Positions 13,005 through 26,542 of a stretch of DNA of 64,000 nt are shown here, in pieces. Positions within the stretch are counted from its first letter, which is position 1. Each line of letters opens with the position of its first letter. A program made the position numbers and the translations under genes. The stretch is taken from positions 17,548,001 through 17,612,000 of the forward strand of contig NC_058383.1 of assembly GCF_018350175.1 (NCBI RefSeq), in the 5' to 3' direction. This DNA comes from Felis catus. Its lineage: Eukaryota. A model generated the notes under the pieces. It saw nothing but the letters and a program-made list of their open reading frames with translations. It was not told the DNA's origin and ran no database searches.

Positions 13005-13205
13005 GGGGCGCCTGCGTGGCTCAGCTGGTTAAGCATCTGACTTCAGCTCAGGTCATGATCTCACAGTTCGTGGGTTCGAGCCCCATGTCGGGCTCTGCAG
13101 CTGACAGTGTGCAACCTACTTGGGATTCTCTATCTCTCTCTGCCCTTGTCCCCCTCTCAAAATAAATAAACTTAAAAAGAATAAAAATAAAATAAAAAAT
13201 AAAAA
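13005..13205 (+). mobile_element. Can-SINE
   Basis: Head and A tail. Confidence 0.9.
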
Positions 13206-13498
13206 TTATGGACTTAAAAAGTACAATAACTGAAATGAAAGATTCATTAAAGAGGCTCCATATCAGATTTAACCTAGAAGAAGACAGAATCAGCAAACTT
13301 GAAGACAAATCAGTTGAGATTATTCAGTCTGAGAAACAGAAAGAAAAAAGAATGAATAAAAATGAATAGCACCCCACAGACTGGTGGGACAACATCAAGT
13401 GTACTAATATACATATAATGAGAGTCCTAGAGGAAAGGAGAGAATGAGATAGAAAGAATACTGAAAGAAATAATAGACAAAAAACTTTCCAACTTTGA

Positions 13499-13782
13499 TT
13501 TTTTATTAGAGAGAGGGCACAAGTGAATAAGGGTGGAGAGAGACTGGGATAGAGAATCCTACAAGGGGCAGGGAGAGATAGAGAGAGAGAGAGAAATGAG
13601 GCTCACTGGAAGCGGGGCTTGTGTTCACCCAAAGTGGGGCATGAGCTCAAGCAAAGCGGGGCATGAGCTTACCTGAAGTGGGGCTCAAGCTCACCTGATG
13701 CAGGACTCAAACTCAGGAACCGTGAGATCATGACCTGAGCCAAAGTCAGATCCTCAACCAACTGAGCCACCCAGGCACCCCC
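13499..13782 (-). mobile_element. Can-SINE variant with internal repeats
   Basis: Repeated gagctcacc..aagtgggg units; TSD ccaactttgattt. Confidence 0.85.
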
Positions 13783-14095
13783 AACTTTGATTTAAAAAAA
13801 ATTAATCTACATATCCAAGAAGCTCAAAATAGGATAAACTGAAAGAGATTCACATCTAGACACATCATAGTCAAACTCTGAAAGACAAAGAATATTGAAA
13901 TCAGAATACTGGAATCAGCAAGAGGAAAAAGTAATTCATCACGCACAAGGGAGCCTCAATAAGATTAGCATCTGACTTCTTATCAGAAACTATGGAGGCC
14001 AGAAGTGGGATCATGTGTTCAAATTGCTAAGAGAATAAACCCATCAACCAAGAAATGTATATCCAGCAAAACCATCCTTCAAAATTAAAGAATTA

Positions 14096-14299
14096 GGGGC
14101 ACTTGGGTGGCTCAGTAAGTTGAGTGTCTGACTTTTGATTTTGGCTCAGGTCATGATCTTATGGTCATAAGATCAGGCCCTGTGTTGGGCTCCACACTGG
14201 GCATGGAGCCTGCTTAGGATTCTCTCTCTCCCTCTCCTTCTGCCCCTCCCCTGCTCTCACATGTGAGCTCTCTCCCTCTCTCAAGAAAAAAAAAAAAAA
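14096..14299 (+). mobile_element. Can-SINE
   Basis: Head, (CT)n, poly-A. Confidence 0.9.
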
Positions 14300-14428
14300 G
14301 AATCAATTAAGACATTCTAAGATAAACAAAAACAGAATTTGTTCCTAGCAGACCTATCCTACAAGAAATATAGAGTCCTTCAGGCTGAAATAAAAGGACT
14401 AGGCAGTAATTCAAATCCACATGAAGAA

Positions 14429-14595
14429 GGGCACCTGAATGGCTCAGTCGGTTAAGCCTTCAACTTTGGCTAAGATCATGATCTCATGGTTTGTGAGTTG
14501 GAGCTCCACTTTGGGCTCTGTGCTGACAGCTCAGAGCCTGGAGCCTGCTTCAGATTCTGTGTCTCCCTCTCTGTCTACCCCTTCCCCACTCGTGC

Positions 14596-14630
<35 letters not shown>

Positions 14631-14830
14631 AATGGGTGGCTCAGATGGTTAAGCATCTGACTTCAGCTCAGGTCATGATCTCACGGTTTGTGGGTTCAAG
14701 CCCCACATCGGGCTCTGTGCTGACAGCTCTGCCCCTTCCCTGCTCATGCTCTGGCTTTCTCTCTCTCTCAAAAATAAATAAACATCAAAAAAAATTTTTT
14801 TTAAAAGAAAATAAACATTAACAAAATAAT
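14429..14830 (+). mobile_element. Two nested Can-SINEs
   Basis: Second head resumes at about 14633. Confidence 0.9.
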
Positions 14831-15812
14831 AAACATTTTTAAAAATCCACATTAAGAAATAAAGAACATTAAGAAACTATATATATATATTAGAAAAGAC
14901 AGTATAAATATTTTGCTTATAATTTTTTTCTTTTGCATGTTCAAAGACAACTGCAAAATGCAATAATTGTAAAACTGTGTATGGAGTTATATAATGTTAA
15001 CTTATACGGCAATAATAGCATAAAGGAGTGAAGAAACAGAGATATATAGGAGCAAAATTGTTATATACTATTGAAATTAAGTTGGCATTAACATAAACTA
15101 GATTGTTTTAAGACATTAACTGTAATACCCAGGGAAACCACTGAGAAGGTAATTCAAAAGAACAAAGTAAAAGAAACAGGGAATTAAAATGGAATATTAG
15201 AAAATATTTCATACCTAAGAAAGCAAGAATGGAGGAATATAGGGGAAAAAGTGATGACACTTAGATAAATAGCAAAATGATAGGCATGAATCCTAGCCTA
15301 TTAGTAATTACATTAAATATAAATGGACTAAAAATTTCAGTCAAAAGTCAGAAATTAGCATAATGGATTTTTTAAAAACCAATATATCCAACTAGATGCT
15401 CTTTATAATTGCAGACACAAATAGGTTGAAAGTAAAAGGATAGAACAAGAACCATAAGAGATGCAGAGTAGCTATACTAAAATCAGACAAGACAATCTAA
15501 GATAAAAGTCGTTACTAGAGATAAAAGAAATTTTATAATGATAAAAATGTCAGTCCATTAAGAAGACATAATAATTCTAAACCTATATGTACCCAACAAA
15601 AGAGCCCCCAAATACATGAAACAAAAGCTGACAGAACTGAAAAGATAAATAGATAATTCAACAAATAATAGTAGGAGACTTCAGTACCTGACTTTAAATA
15701 GTGGATAAACTAACCAGACAGAAGATCAACAAGGAAATAGATCAAGCAATACTAGAGTAGGTTGCCTAACTATTTCATTCCTAGGGAAACTGTGATCAGT
15801 TTCCCATTACCT

Positions 15813-16150
15813 GGGCACCTGGCTGGCTCAACTGGCAGAATGTGTGACTCTTGATCTCAGGGTTTTGACTTCAAGCCTCACATTAGGTGTAGAGATTACT
15901 AAAATAAAAATATTAAAAATTACTCATTATTGGGGTGCCTGGGTGGCTCAGTCAGTTGAGTGTCCAACTTTGGCTCGGGTTGTGATCTCACAGTTAGTGA
16001 GTTCAGCCCCGCATTCGGCTCTGTGTTCGCAGCTCAGAGCCTGGAGCCTGCTTTGGGTTCTGTGTCTCCCTCTCTCTCTGCCCCTCCCCTGTGTGTGCTC
16101 ACTCTCGCTCTCTCTCTCTCTCTCAAAAGTAAAATAAACGTTAAAAAAAT
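15813..16150 (+). mobile_element. Two Can-SINEs (short and long)
   Basis: Heads at 15813 and 15932. Confidence 0.9.
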
Positions 16151-16580
16151 TTTTTTAATTACCCATTATCAAAGACCTCTGCAAGCCAAGAAATCAGATT
16201 GCCTGATAGTCCTTGCTGCCCTTTACAGTTGATGTGTTCACCTTGTCAGATCTCATCATATCCACTGAGATCAGGGAGCCTATCTCAATGTGGGTATTCA
16301 TTAGTTATTAATGATATGTCTACAGCCATTTCTGGCCTACAAAGGAGAATAACCATAGAGCTTTTCAAGGATGGAGATCCTCCCTTCAATGCCTTAGCAA
16401 AGGAAGTGTCTTCTGGATCCTCTCACAGAATACAGTTGACAGGTTGTACATGATAAACCAAGTCTATTACCTTAAGCCTTCAGATTTCTTCTTCCATGCA
16501 ATGCCAGGAAAACTCTGGGGTCCCAACTTCGCTTACAGTAGGCCACCCTCAAATCCAAATTTCTTTCTTCTTCTTCTTCT

Positions 16581-16581
<1 letters not shown>

Positions 16582-16623
<42 letters not shown>

Positions 16624-16721
16624 TTGTTTTTAAGTGATCTCTGCACCCAGCATGGGACTCAAACTCATGACCCCAAGATCAAGAGTTGCATGCTCTACCA
16701 AATGAGCCAGCCAGATACCCC
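16582..16721 (-). mobile_element. Can-SINE, short form
   Basis: Poly-T plus antisense head. Confidence 0.85.
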
Positions 16722-17029
16722 AGACCCAAATTTCAGTCAATGAATCATGTAACTTTTTAGAACCAACTTCAGGTACATGAGCTAGCCCGTTAAGTCTGGA
16801 TTCCCTAGTAAATGCACCCATTTCTATGAATTTAGCCCTTTAGTGTCATAGTCTATTCTCATTGATTTAGCACCCTTAGAGTCCATTCTCTAGGTTTCTG
16901 CCAACATATTAGCAACATATTGCAATTCTTTTTGATATATAAACTGTTTCCTCCTGGCCCATAGTGTGTACCTATACACACTGTACCTGGAACATGCTGA
17001 GATTTAATCCTAGTTGAAGGCCTAATGGC

Positions 17030-17184
17030 AGGGCACCTGGTGGTTCAGTGGGTTGAGCGTACAACTCTCAATTTCGACTAAGGTCATGATCCCAGGGTTG
17101 TGGGATTGGGCTGCACACCAGGCTCCATGCTGAGCTTAATATTCTCCCTCTCTCTCTCTCTCTCTCCCCCCCTACTTGCACATG

Positions 17185-17222
<38 letters not shown>

Positions 17223-17243
17223 AAAAAAAAAAAAAAAAAAAAA
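17030..17243 (+). mobile_element. Can-SINE
   Basis: Head, (CT)n, poly-A. Confidence 0.9.
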
Positions 17244-17987
17244 GGTCTACTGGCAACAGGGAACTTGTGGTGTATTTTAAGGGGAATGAACGCCCTTTTT
17301 CAAGGCATTTGCCCTAAGTGAGGTTATCACAGTTTTCAAACAGGAAAGCTAGTCTCTTCAGACAGGAGGGTAAGCTACTTCCACTGGCAAGGGATAATGC
17401 AAAATAGCAGGGAAGTTCAATACTGTCCACTTCAAATGGGTCCAACCAGATGCATCATTCCCGATTTCTAGATCCTATTCCTTCCTGATCAATGCCCTAG
17501 TTATCTCATGACAAATTTGATAATACTGAATCAACTGCTATTATAATTTAGCAACCTACACAATCATATTTTGTGTTTGACTTTTAGCAGTATTAGCTCT
17601 GGGTCTAGGTAAGTAAGATATGGTTTTAGGTCTGTCATGTAAACACCCTGGCTCTTAGACTGACTTGTGTTGGGCATTAGTAGACCTGAGCTTGTCATTT
17701 TCTCTGTAATCACTCAAAGGCACTGAAAAGAATCCATGCTACACCACAGTCATTAGTCATTACTATTGCCAAAAGCAGTCAAGGGCAGCCGTCATTTGGG
17801 TTCCCAAGGCATGTGCTGCATCACAATGAACCACAGGTGACAGCTTTAACTGTGATGCTATTGCATACTGTGGGTTACTCGCATACCATTTCCCATTGGC
17901 AAAGAACTCAGCACTGCTGAAGTATGATCAAATCCATTGCAAAACCCCATCTTTGTGTGTTTGTTCCTAGGTCCACTCCCAGTACCA

Positions 17988-19128
17988 ATTATTAGATCAG
18001 TTAAGCTCCAGTCAGGAGACAGAAGCCACAATGGGAAAGTTTAACATAAAGAATTATTAACAGGGACTTGGAATATTAGGGAATAGGCTAATGAGAGCTA
18101 AAGAGAATTCTAAAGAATATCGAAGTTGCAGACATAAACAACAGCTACTATCCCTAGGGCTGAGAAAAAACACCCAAGGAAAAGTCCTTTTCTACCAGGT
18201 CTAAGATCCAGGCTCCATCTGAAAGGGTATGGTAGAGGGGCACCTGGCTGGCTCAGTTGGAAGAGCCTTGGACTCGATCTAGGGGTTGTAAGTCTGAGCC
18301 CCACGTTGGGTGTAGAGATTACTTAAGGGGAAAAAAAAACTTAGAAAGGAAGGAAAGAAGGAAGGAAGAAAGGGCATGGCAGAAAATTCAGCCGTGTGCC
18401 TCAACAATGCAGCTTCCTGGAAATCTGCCCTGGGAGTGTCAGGTGAAGTTGCTAATTACTGAGCACGGCTGGAACTAAGACTATAGGAAGTATATACTCT
18501 GCAGGAGCCCAGTGCTGGAGAGAGCTTCGCCAGTGCAGGAATCAAGTACTGTAGAGAGTCAAACAGAAAGTGCACTTGGTAAAGCACAGTGCTGGAGAAA
18601 ACCAGACCACTGTAGAAGTCAAGTGCTAGAGGAAGCTTGCTTTGCAGAAGTCCAATGCTAGAGAAAGCTGCATGAGGGTGTAGACTGGTAGGTGAGTGTG
18701 CAAAAGGAGTCCAAGTGTAAGGAATCCAATTACCACAAAGGCAGGATGTGGTCTGTGATTTGTGGTGTTGGAGTCCAGGTACAGGAGGTGCAGCAAGGTG
18801 GTTGCAAGCTGGGATCTAATGAGCTCCCACCAAAGAACTCCTCACCCTGGTCACACACCTAAGGCAGAAGCCCACTGGATGTGCCCACATACTGTAGCCC
18901 TGCAAAACTGTGGCAAGAGCAAGAAAAATGAAACCTCAACTGGACTAGAATCAGGAAGGGCATCTCCTTGCTCTTTAAATGGCCCTCCAGCGCCCTCTGC
19001 TGACAAAGCTTAACATCATGCTCCGTACACTGAGAAACCCGTAAGTAGCCCAGCCCGTTATCTCAGAGCAGATACTGGAGGGTGAATTTGGAGCTAAGAG
19101 ACAATACCTTGAAAACTGATGTAGTAAC
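17988..19128 (-). mobile_element. ERVL 5' LTR (contains a short SINE)
   Basis: Lies immediately upstream of the PBS on the - strand and starts with TG on that strand. Confidence 0.6.
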
Positions 19129-20812
19129 AGAATCCCCACATAGGCTCCTCTCTCACCCATAGCCTGGAGGCCAATGTGGTAGGAAGGACAAAGCGAAAGC
19201 CTCTGGAAAGTCCTCTCCCTAGAAAGACAACAACCCAGTAAAAATACATCCCTGGGAAAAGCAGAGATTCATGCCATGGTCAAAGAGTTGAAAGAAGCAG
19301 TTGCAGTGAGACCTATCACATACCTACTTAACTCACAGTCTGGCCTGTGCAGAAGTCAGATGGATCTTGGAGAATGGCTGTGGATGGTTATGAACTTAAA
19401 TCAAGTGATGATTCCAATTGTAGCTGCCATCCCAGATTTGGTATCTTTCCCAGAGCAAGTCAGTACAGTACAAATGCCATGGTATTTGGCATACAGCTAT
19501 TGACCTGGCTTTCTCTCCGGGACAGTGTGCAGCGTCCACTAGAGCAGTCTCCTTTTAGCTGGCAAGGCCATCATGTATCTTCAGGTTGCTTCAGTGCTGT
19601 ATCAGTTCTGCTCTGACATAATATAATCTGCAGAGATCTTGGTCATCTTAACATTCCACAAAACATCACTCTGGTCCATTATATTGACAGTATTATTAGA
19701 TCTAATGAGCAGGAAGTAACAAATACTTTGCTTGCCTTAATAAGACATACACAATTAGAAAGTGGAAGATAAACCCCACAAAAAATTCAGGGGCCTGCCA
19801 CCTCAGTGAAGTTTCTGGAAATTCCATGGTCTGAAGTATATAAGGATGTCTCTTTCAAGGTGAAAGACAGATTGCACCTCATACAACCTACTCACCCTCA
19901 AGGAGGCACATTGGTTGTAGGTCCATGGATTTTGGAGGTAACATAACCCCTCAATAGAGTCACGTGTGGGGGCCAGTTTTGAGTAGGGACCAGAGCAAGA
20001 ATAGACTCTGCTGCCAGTTCAGGCCGCAGTGCCCTACCACTTGGTGCTGATGATCTAGCAGAGCCAGTGATACCCAAAGTGTCCATGGCAAACAGGGATG
20101 CCATATGGATCCTCTAGCGGGAACGAGTATTCACTAATAGCAGAATTAAAGCACAGATTCATGGGATATTTGATAAATGTAGGCCATTTTCTACAGACAA
20201 CTATACTACTTTTGAGAAACAGTTTCTGGTTTGCTGTTGGGACTTGGCAGGGACTGAACAGCTACCTAGGTGACCTCAGGTGACCATGCCACCTGAGATT
20301 CTCATCATGAATGGGGTGTTGTCTGACCAACCTAACCATAAGGTTGGGCGTGAACAGCAGTAGTGTATTATCAAGTGAAAATGCATATAAGAGACCAGGC
20401 TTGGAAATATCCAGAAGGTATGACCCATGTACATGAGCAGATGGTTCCTGTTGCAGTCTTCTCTCCCTCAATCAACCAGTGCTTATGACATCCTGAGGTG
20501 TCCCTTATTCCCAGCCGACTGAGGAAGAAAAAACTCAAGCCTGTATAGATGCGTCTGTCTGATATGTAGTTATGGCCTGACAGGGACAGCTGTTAGCCCC
20601 ACGACCCCACTAGGGTGAACCTGAAGGATGGGGGTGAAGAAAAGTCCTTGCAGTGGACAGATCTTCAAGCAGTACAGTTGTTCACTCTGTCTGACATCAG
20701 AAAGGGCCAGAAGTACACAACTATACTAATTCATGGGCAGTTGCTAATGGTTTGGCTGGATGGTGTGGGACTTGGAAGGAACAGGATTAAAAGACTGGTA
20801 ACAAGGAAGTTT
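19128..20812 (+). mobile_element. ERVL pol (RT/RNase H), degenerate
   Basis: NPHIG..., QKSDGSWRMAVD, LNQVMIPIVAAIPD, GEEKSLQWTDLQAV motifs with stops and frameshifts. Confidence 0.85.
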
Positions 20813-20825
20813 GAGCTCTTCAACC

Positions 20826-21053
20826 TTTTTTTTTTTTTTTTTTTTTTTTAACGTTTATTTTATTTTTGAGACAGAGAGAGACAGAGCATGAACAGGGGAG
20901 GGGCAGAGAGAGAGGGAGACACAGAACCGGAAGCAGGCTCCAGGCTCTGAGCCATCAGCCCAGAGCCCGACGCGGGGCTCAAACTCACGGACCGCGAGAT
21001 CGTGACCTGAGCTGAAGTCGGACGCTTAACCGACTGAGCCACTCAGGCGCCCC
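20826..21053 (-). mobile_element. Young felid SINE
   Basis: TSD ctcttcaacc; long poly-T. Confidence 0.95.
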
Positions 21054-21086
21054 TCTTCAACCTTTTTTTTAAAACAGCCCTTTTCA

Positions 21087-21537
21087 GGGGCGCCTGGGTG
21101 GCTCAGTCGGTTAAGCGGCCGACTTCGGCTCAGGTCATGATCTCGCGGTCCGTGAGTTCGAGCCCCGCATCGGGCTCTGTGCCGACAGCTCAGAGCCTAG
21201 AGCCTGCTTCGGATTCTGTGTCTCCCTCTCTCTGACCCTCCCCCGTTCATGCTCTCTCTCTCTCTCTGTCTCAAAGATAAATAAACGTTAAAAAAAATAA
21301 AAAAAAAAAAAAAACCAGCCCTTTTCAGGGGTGCCTGGGTGGCTTGGTTGGTTAAGTGTCTGACTCAGGTTATGATCTTGTGGTTCGCGAGTTCCAGCCC
21401 CACGTCAGGCTCTGAGCTGTCAGCTGTCAGCTGGAGACTTCTTTGGATTCTGTGTCTCTCTCTCTCTCTCTCTCTCTCTGCCCCTCCCCTGCTCATGCTC
21501 TCTCTCTCTCAAACATAAATAAACTTTAAAAAAAAAT
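21087..21537 (+). mobile_element. Two tandem Can-SINEs
   Basis: Heads at 21087 and 21328; TSD cagcccttttca. Confidence 0.95.
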
Positions 21538-21736
21538 AGTCTTCTTCAATCAATTTTACTTCAGTTAGAGCCATTTCATTCAGGGGCCCAGCTTGGTTTC
21601 TGAGTCCCCTTAGATGGGCTGTTAGCTTTTCTTTAACTGTCCATGATTTTATTTACTCTTAGCAGTAAGAACAGGATACTAGGCTCTTGCAAACAGGCAA
21701 ATGATATAGGGAAACATTTTCCTCTTAGTGGGCCAG

Positions 21737-22123
21737 TGTATTAATTTGCAAGGGCCGCCATAACAAAGTGCCACAGACTGGTGGCTGTGGGAAATTTATT
21801 TTCTCACAGTTCTAAAGGCTGGAAGTCCAAAATCAAGGTGTCGGCAGGGTTGGTTTCTTCTGAGACCTCTCTTCTTGGCTTGTAGATGGCTGTCTTCTAC
21901 CTGTGTCTGCATATTATCTTCCCTCTGTGTGTCTGTGTCTTAATCTCACCTTATTAAGGACACCAGTCATATTGGCTTAGGGCCCACCCTAATGACTTTA
22001 TTTTTAACTTAATTTCATCTTTAAACACCTGATCTCCAAATACAGTCACATGTGGAGGTACTAGGGGTTAGGACTTAAGCATATAACTTTTTTGGTGGGG
22101 GGAGAACACAATTTGGCCCATAA
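21737..22123 (-). mobile_element. MaLR solo LTR (MLT1B-like)
   Basis: tgtattaatttgcaagggccgccataacaaagtgccacagactgg...ggcccataaga, about 390 bp. Confidence 0.85.
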
Positions 22124-22734
22124 GAACTGATACTGAACAAATTTGAAGGCCATTATCTGCTAAGACACTAAGAGGAAGCTTCACCTATAGGGTTCAAGTA
22201 CAGGCAGTAATCAAGCAGTCAAGTGTAAGCAGTTTATGCGTATAACTCCCTCCCAGGTCTGCAAAAGTGAGCAGATTAGATAGGTTCTTCCAGGGTTGCA
22301 CATCAGGGGAGGGGGAGGGATGGCATATTTTTACCCTAGTTCTTGCATTCTGAGCCATGTTATTAAATCCCAGAATTAATTATTTATCTATTCATGGTCC
22401 CTGGCAGCAATGGACCATGACCACCTTCCCCTTGTAAAACGTGGAACATGGAGGAGTAGAGCAGAACCCAAGTTTTAGCCAACAAATCACTCTCAAGGGG
22501 AAAGCAGAGGAAGGAACTGGTATGTGGATACATTTCTCCTTCCTAAGTAAGTCAGGAGATGGAGAAAGGCAGGAGTATAGACCCGTAGTCCTCCCTTTAC
22601 ATAAAAGGAAATCTTAGGGGTGGGAAAATGTGACCTCCCCACCAATGTTATGCAAGAGGGATGCTATAGCCTTTTCCTGAAGGGGTTCCCAGGTTCCTAC
22701 CAGCTGAGCTCTTTCATGACACCAAGCATATTAC

Positions 22735-23775
22735 AGTAGTTTTATCTTGCTCCACACCAAATGACCACAAATTTAGCAGCTTAAAACAACACCCCTTCAC
22801 TGTCTCATAGCTCTGTAGGTCAGGTCCTGTGGACTTTGCCGGGTTCTCAGCTCAGGGTCTTGGCTTGGCTAGGTTCTCAGCTTAGAGTCTCTTAAGGTCA
22901 AAGTCAAGGTGTTGGCTGGGCTGGGGTCTTACCTAGAATCTGGGGGAAGATTCTACTTCCAAACAAATTCAGGTTGTTGGCCATATTCAGTTCCTTGCTG
23001 TGTAGGGTTGTGTTCGAAGTTTCCTTGCTGGCTGTGAGCTCTTTAGAGGCCACCGTGTTCCTCATCACGTGGCTCCCTTCATCTTCAAGCCACCAACAGC
23101 TCAGAATCCTCCTCTTGCTTCAAGTCTCTGACTTCTTTTTCTGCTACCAGCTGGAGAAAACTCTGCTTTTATTTTTTATTTTTTAAAGTTTATTTATTTT
23201 GTGTGTGAGGGAGAGAGAACAGGGGAGGAGGAGAGAGAGATAATCCCAAGCAGGCTCCTCACTGTCAGCACAGAGACTGACACAGGGCTGGAAGTCACAA
23301 ACCATGAGATCATGACCTGAGCTGAAAACAAGAGTCAGAGGTTTAACCGACTGCACCACCCAGGCACCCCAAAAACTCTGGTTTTTTTTTTTGTTCAACG
23401 TTTATTTATTTTTGGGGGGACAGAGAGAGACAGAGCATGAACGGGGGAGGGGCAGAGAGAGAGGGAGACACAGAATCGGGAACAGGCTCCAGGCTCTGAG
23501 CTATCAGCCCAGAGCCTGACACGGGGCTCGAACTCACGGACCGCGAGATCGTGACCTGGCTGAAGTCGGACGCTTAACCGACTACTCCACCCAGGCGTCC
23601 CCAAAAACTCTGTTTTTAAGTGGCTACCGGACTGAGTGATAATCCCTGTATCTTAACATCAACTGACGTGGAACTTTAATTACATCTTTAGTTATATCTG
23701 CAGAATCCCTTAGTGTTTGAAAAACCACGGGGCAGGAGTTTTAGGGGGTTATCTTTCAAATTCTGTCTACCACAC
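22735..23775 (-). mobile_element. MaLR LTR (MLT1 type) split by two SINEs
   Basis: accacaaatttagcagcttaaaacaac...aaattctgtctaccaca. Confidence 0.75.
23167..23602 (-). mobile_element. Two Can-SINEs in a MaLR LTR
   Basis: Repeated target aaaactctg. Confidence 0.9.
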
Positions 23776-25862
23776 AAGAAATCCTCATCTTTGCCCCAGA
23801 CCTTGAGAGAAGGCAGTTCCAGCCTGCTCCAGGTTTCTTAGATCCTTGCCTGGCACAAAAAACAAGAAAGTGTGTTACAAGCTCTCTCCTCTGGAGAGAC
23901 CACAATCAACTCTTCAAATGGTTCGCAAATTCCTAGCAAGGTCGTGTGAATTTTTAAAAGGTGCCCCTTTCTTAAAACAACTTACCGCCATCTGTTGGAA
24001 ATTTGTTGTAATAACTCTACGGATCGCTGTTTCCCAGGAAGGGGAAGGGCACAGCTGTGAGCGATGGCCCCAATCCCAGTGGGATCAGACACACCCTCTG
24101 CATTCCAACCCCTTGCCTGCACTGTTGTCTCTGGAGACATGTTTTCCCAGAACCTTCTTTCTGACATTCTTCATCTATTTTTATCTGCTGATGATTTGGG
24201 GGAAAATGTGAACTGGAATAGCCATCAATTGGCCTGAACAGGGTGATAAACTAATACTCAGAAAAAATAAACATTTCTTTGCCAGTGAAATCTAACCTGT
24301 TGGGTTATAACCATAAACAAATACCCAAGATCTTCCAAGGAGCAAATCCTGAAGTAACAACAATATTAAGGTAATAGTAGCAGCCACTGATGTTCCTCAG
24401 TGGCTATGTCTCTATCCACGTGTAGACATAGATGAGCTGTATATGTAATACACACACTCATACGCTCACATATATATGCAATCTCATTTAATCCTCAGAG
24501 GAACCCTGTCTAGTAGGGATTATTATTCCGACTAGGTAGACAAAAAAAAAAAAACAAAAAAACAAAAAAACAAAAAAAAAACCAGGCCTAGTGATGTTAT
24601 ATCACTTGCCCAGGGTCAAGGATAAAAGAGGCTGAGCCACCTAGCCAAAAAACAAAACTAAAACAAAAAACCCAGCTGAGTCAGGACTCAAACCTATATC
24701 CAAAGCCCAGGCTTCTAACCAGTTAGGTGGAAATTAGCTAAGTGCCTGTGCCCTGAATGGAGACCTTTACTCTGCCTCTTGAACAGAAGCCAGGGCTGCT
24801 CCTCAGTGGCCCGGAATGTCTTAGCTGTATTCACGGGAATGGCCTGAAGGGAGAAGTGTGGCAGGACTTGTTTGTTTCCTCAAGATAAGAATGGCCAGTG
24901 GGACTTGGAAGGAGGAAAAATGGTAGGACCTGTCCTTTTGACCATAATATCTCCAGCACTTGGCACCTTCTGGGTGCACAGTTAGCAGTTGCTGAATGAC
25001 CGAATAGCTACCCGATGAACCAGACACACGACATGCCTGTGTGAGCCCCTCTCTGTGGCTCTGCCTGTCTGATGTCTGCTCTTGCCACCACCCCTTCCCT
25101 TTCCAGTGAATTAGCTCATCTGCACTGGCTTTGAGATCGTCCTATGCTGCAGGCCCTGTGCCAAATGCTGTACCTGTATCTGCTTGTTTAAGGTGAAGTA
25201 AGAACCCAGAGTAGGTGATTTCATATTTAAGAGGCTTCTGGGCTAGAGAAAAATATTTAATACCTTCTGTGTTCTGTTTAATGCTCAAATTATTAGACTC
25301 TATATAACAAAAAAGAAAAAAATTGAAAACCATTTTTTTCAAAAGGGCCTTAGGCTTTGGTTACAAATTTGATCAATTAAATTATGTTCAATAATTTAAC
25401 TGTAAATACAAAGTCAATATGGAGGATCCTTTTGACTACTCATATGCTTTAAGCATATACAAATAGAGTAATTACAGAATTTACTAAAATCCCACCATCA
25501 AAACTGGTTATAAAAGTGCTAAAACCATGGGTTTAACCTTCTCTTGTCCTTATTCCAATACCTTGTCCTTATTCCAACCTTCCTGAGGTTCTAATTTTTC
25601 TACTTTTCTAGGGTTTCAGTAATTCTACCAGTTATTATTTTTATACCTTCTTAGAGTTTTTGTAATCCTACTAGACCCAGAAGAAAAAGGAAACTGTCTC
25701 AGAATAAGCTTAGGTTACAGGTCTGGCCAGAGACATGGGATCAGGTTGCACAGTTCTGAGGACTGAAAACTGAGCTGCTGATCATTAGCCCCTGGGCCTG
25801 TTTGTATAAAATTTTCTTGTTACCTTGTGTGGCTTTTAAGTTTCTTTCTTTCTGTTTCTTAC

Positions 25863-25907
25863 CCTTCCTTCCTTCCTTCCTTCCTTCCTTCCTTCCTTCC
25901 TTCCTTC
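25863..25907. repeat. (CCTT)n microsatellite
   Basis: Directly visible. Confidence 0.95.
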
Positions 25908-26135
25908 TCTATTTCTTTTTCATGCTTTAGAGAAAAACATATTATGGAAAATTACAAACAAATACAAAAGTAAATATAGTATATGTAATCTCCACGAACC
26001 CCCTACTCAACTTGAACAATATCAACTCATGGCTACTGACTCTCCTCCCTTGTCATTTTGAAGCAAATCTCATACATAATAGAATGTCATCTGAATTATT
26101 TCTGTATGATTCTCTAAAAGACTAAGGGTTTTATT

Positions 26136-26503
26136 ATTTTTTTTAAGATTTTAGTTTTAAGTAATCTCTACACCCAACATGGGGCTCAAACTTAACAACC
26201 CCAATATCAAGAATCACATGCTTTACTGAGTCAGCCAGGCACCCCAAGATTAAGGATTTTAAGCCACAGTATCATTATTATAATTAATTTTTAAAAATTG
26301 TTTAAATGTTTATTTACTTTTGAGAGAGAGAGTGTGTGTGCAAGAGAGAGCAGGAGAGGGGCAGAGAGAGAGGGAGACACAGAATCCACAGAGCCCAACG
26401 CTGGGCTTGAACTTGTGAACCACAAGATCATGACCTGAGCCGAAGTCAGACGCGTAACCAACTGAGCCATCCAGGTGCCCCTACAACTAAATTTTTTTTA
26501 TGT

Positions 26504-26542
<39 letters not shown>

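Larger units (their letters stand above)
11820..15755 (+). mobile_element. Old L1 (5' region, ORF1, start of ORF2) inserted into the ERVL
   Basis: A-rich + strand with ORF1 and endonuclease-like segments (…atagtaggagacttcagtacc…); interrupted by SINEs. Confidence 0.8.
15760..17987 (-). mobile_element. ERVL internal region: leader/gag with PBS, interrupted by SINEs
   Basis: tRNA-Leu-type PBS TGGTACTGGGAGTGG on the - strand at about 17973-17987; degenerate gag-like sequence. Confidence 0.7.

Noticed and set aside
19276..20851. Functional retroviral pol
   Set aside because: Many stops and frameshifts; ancient relic
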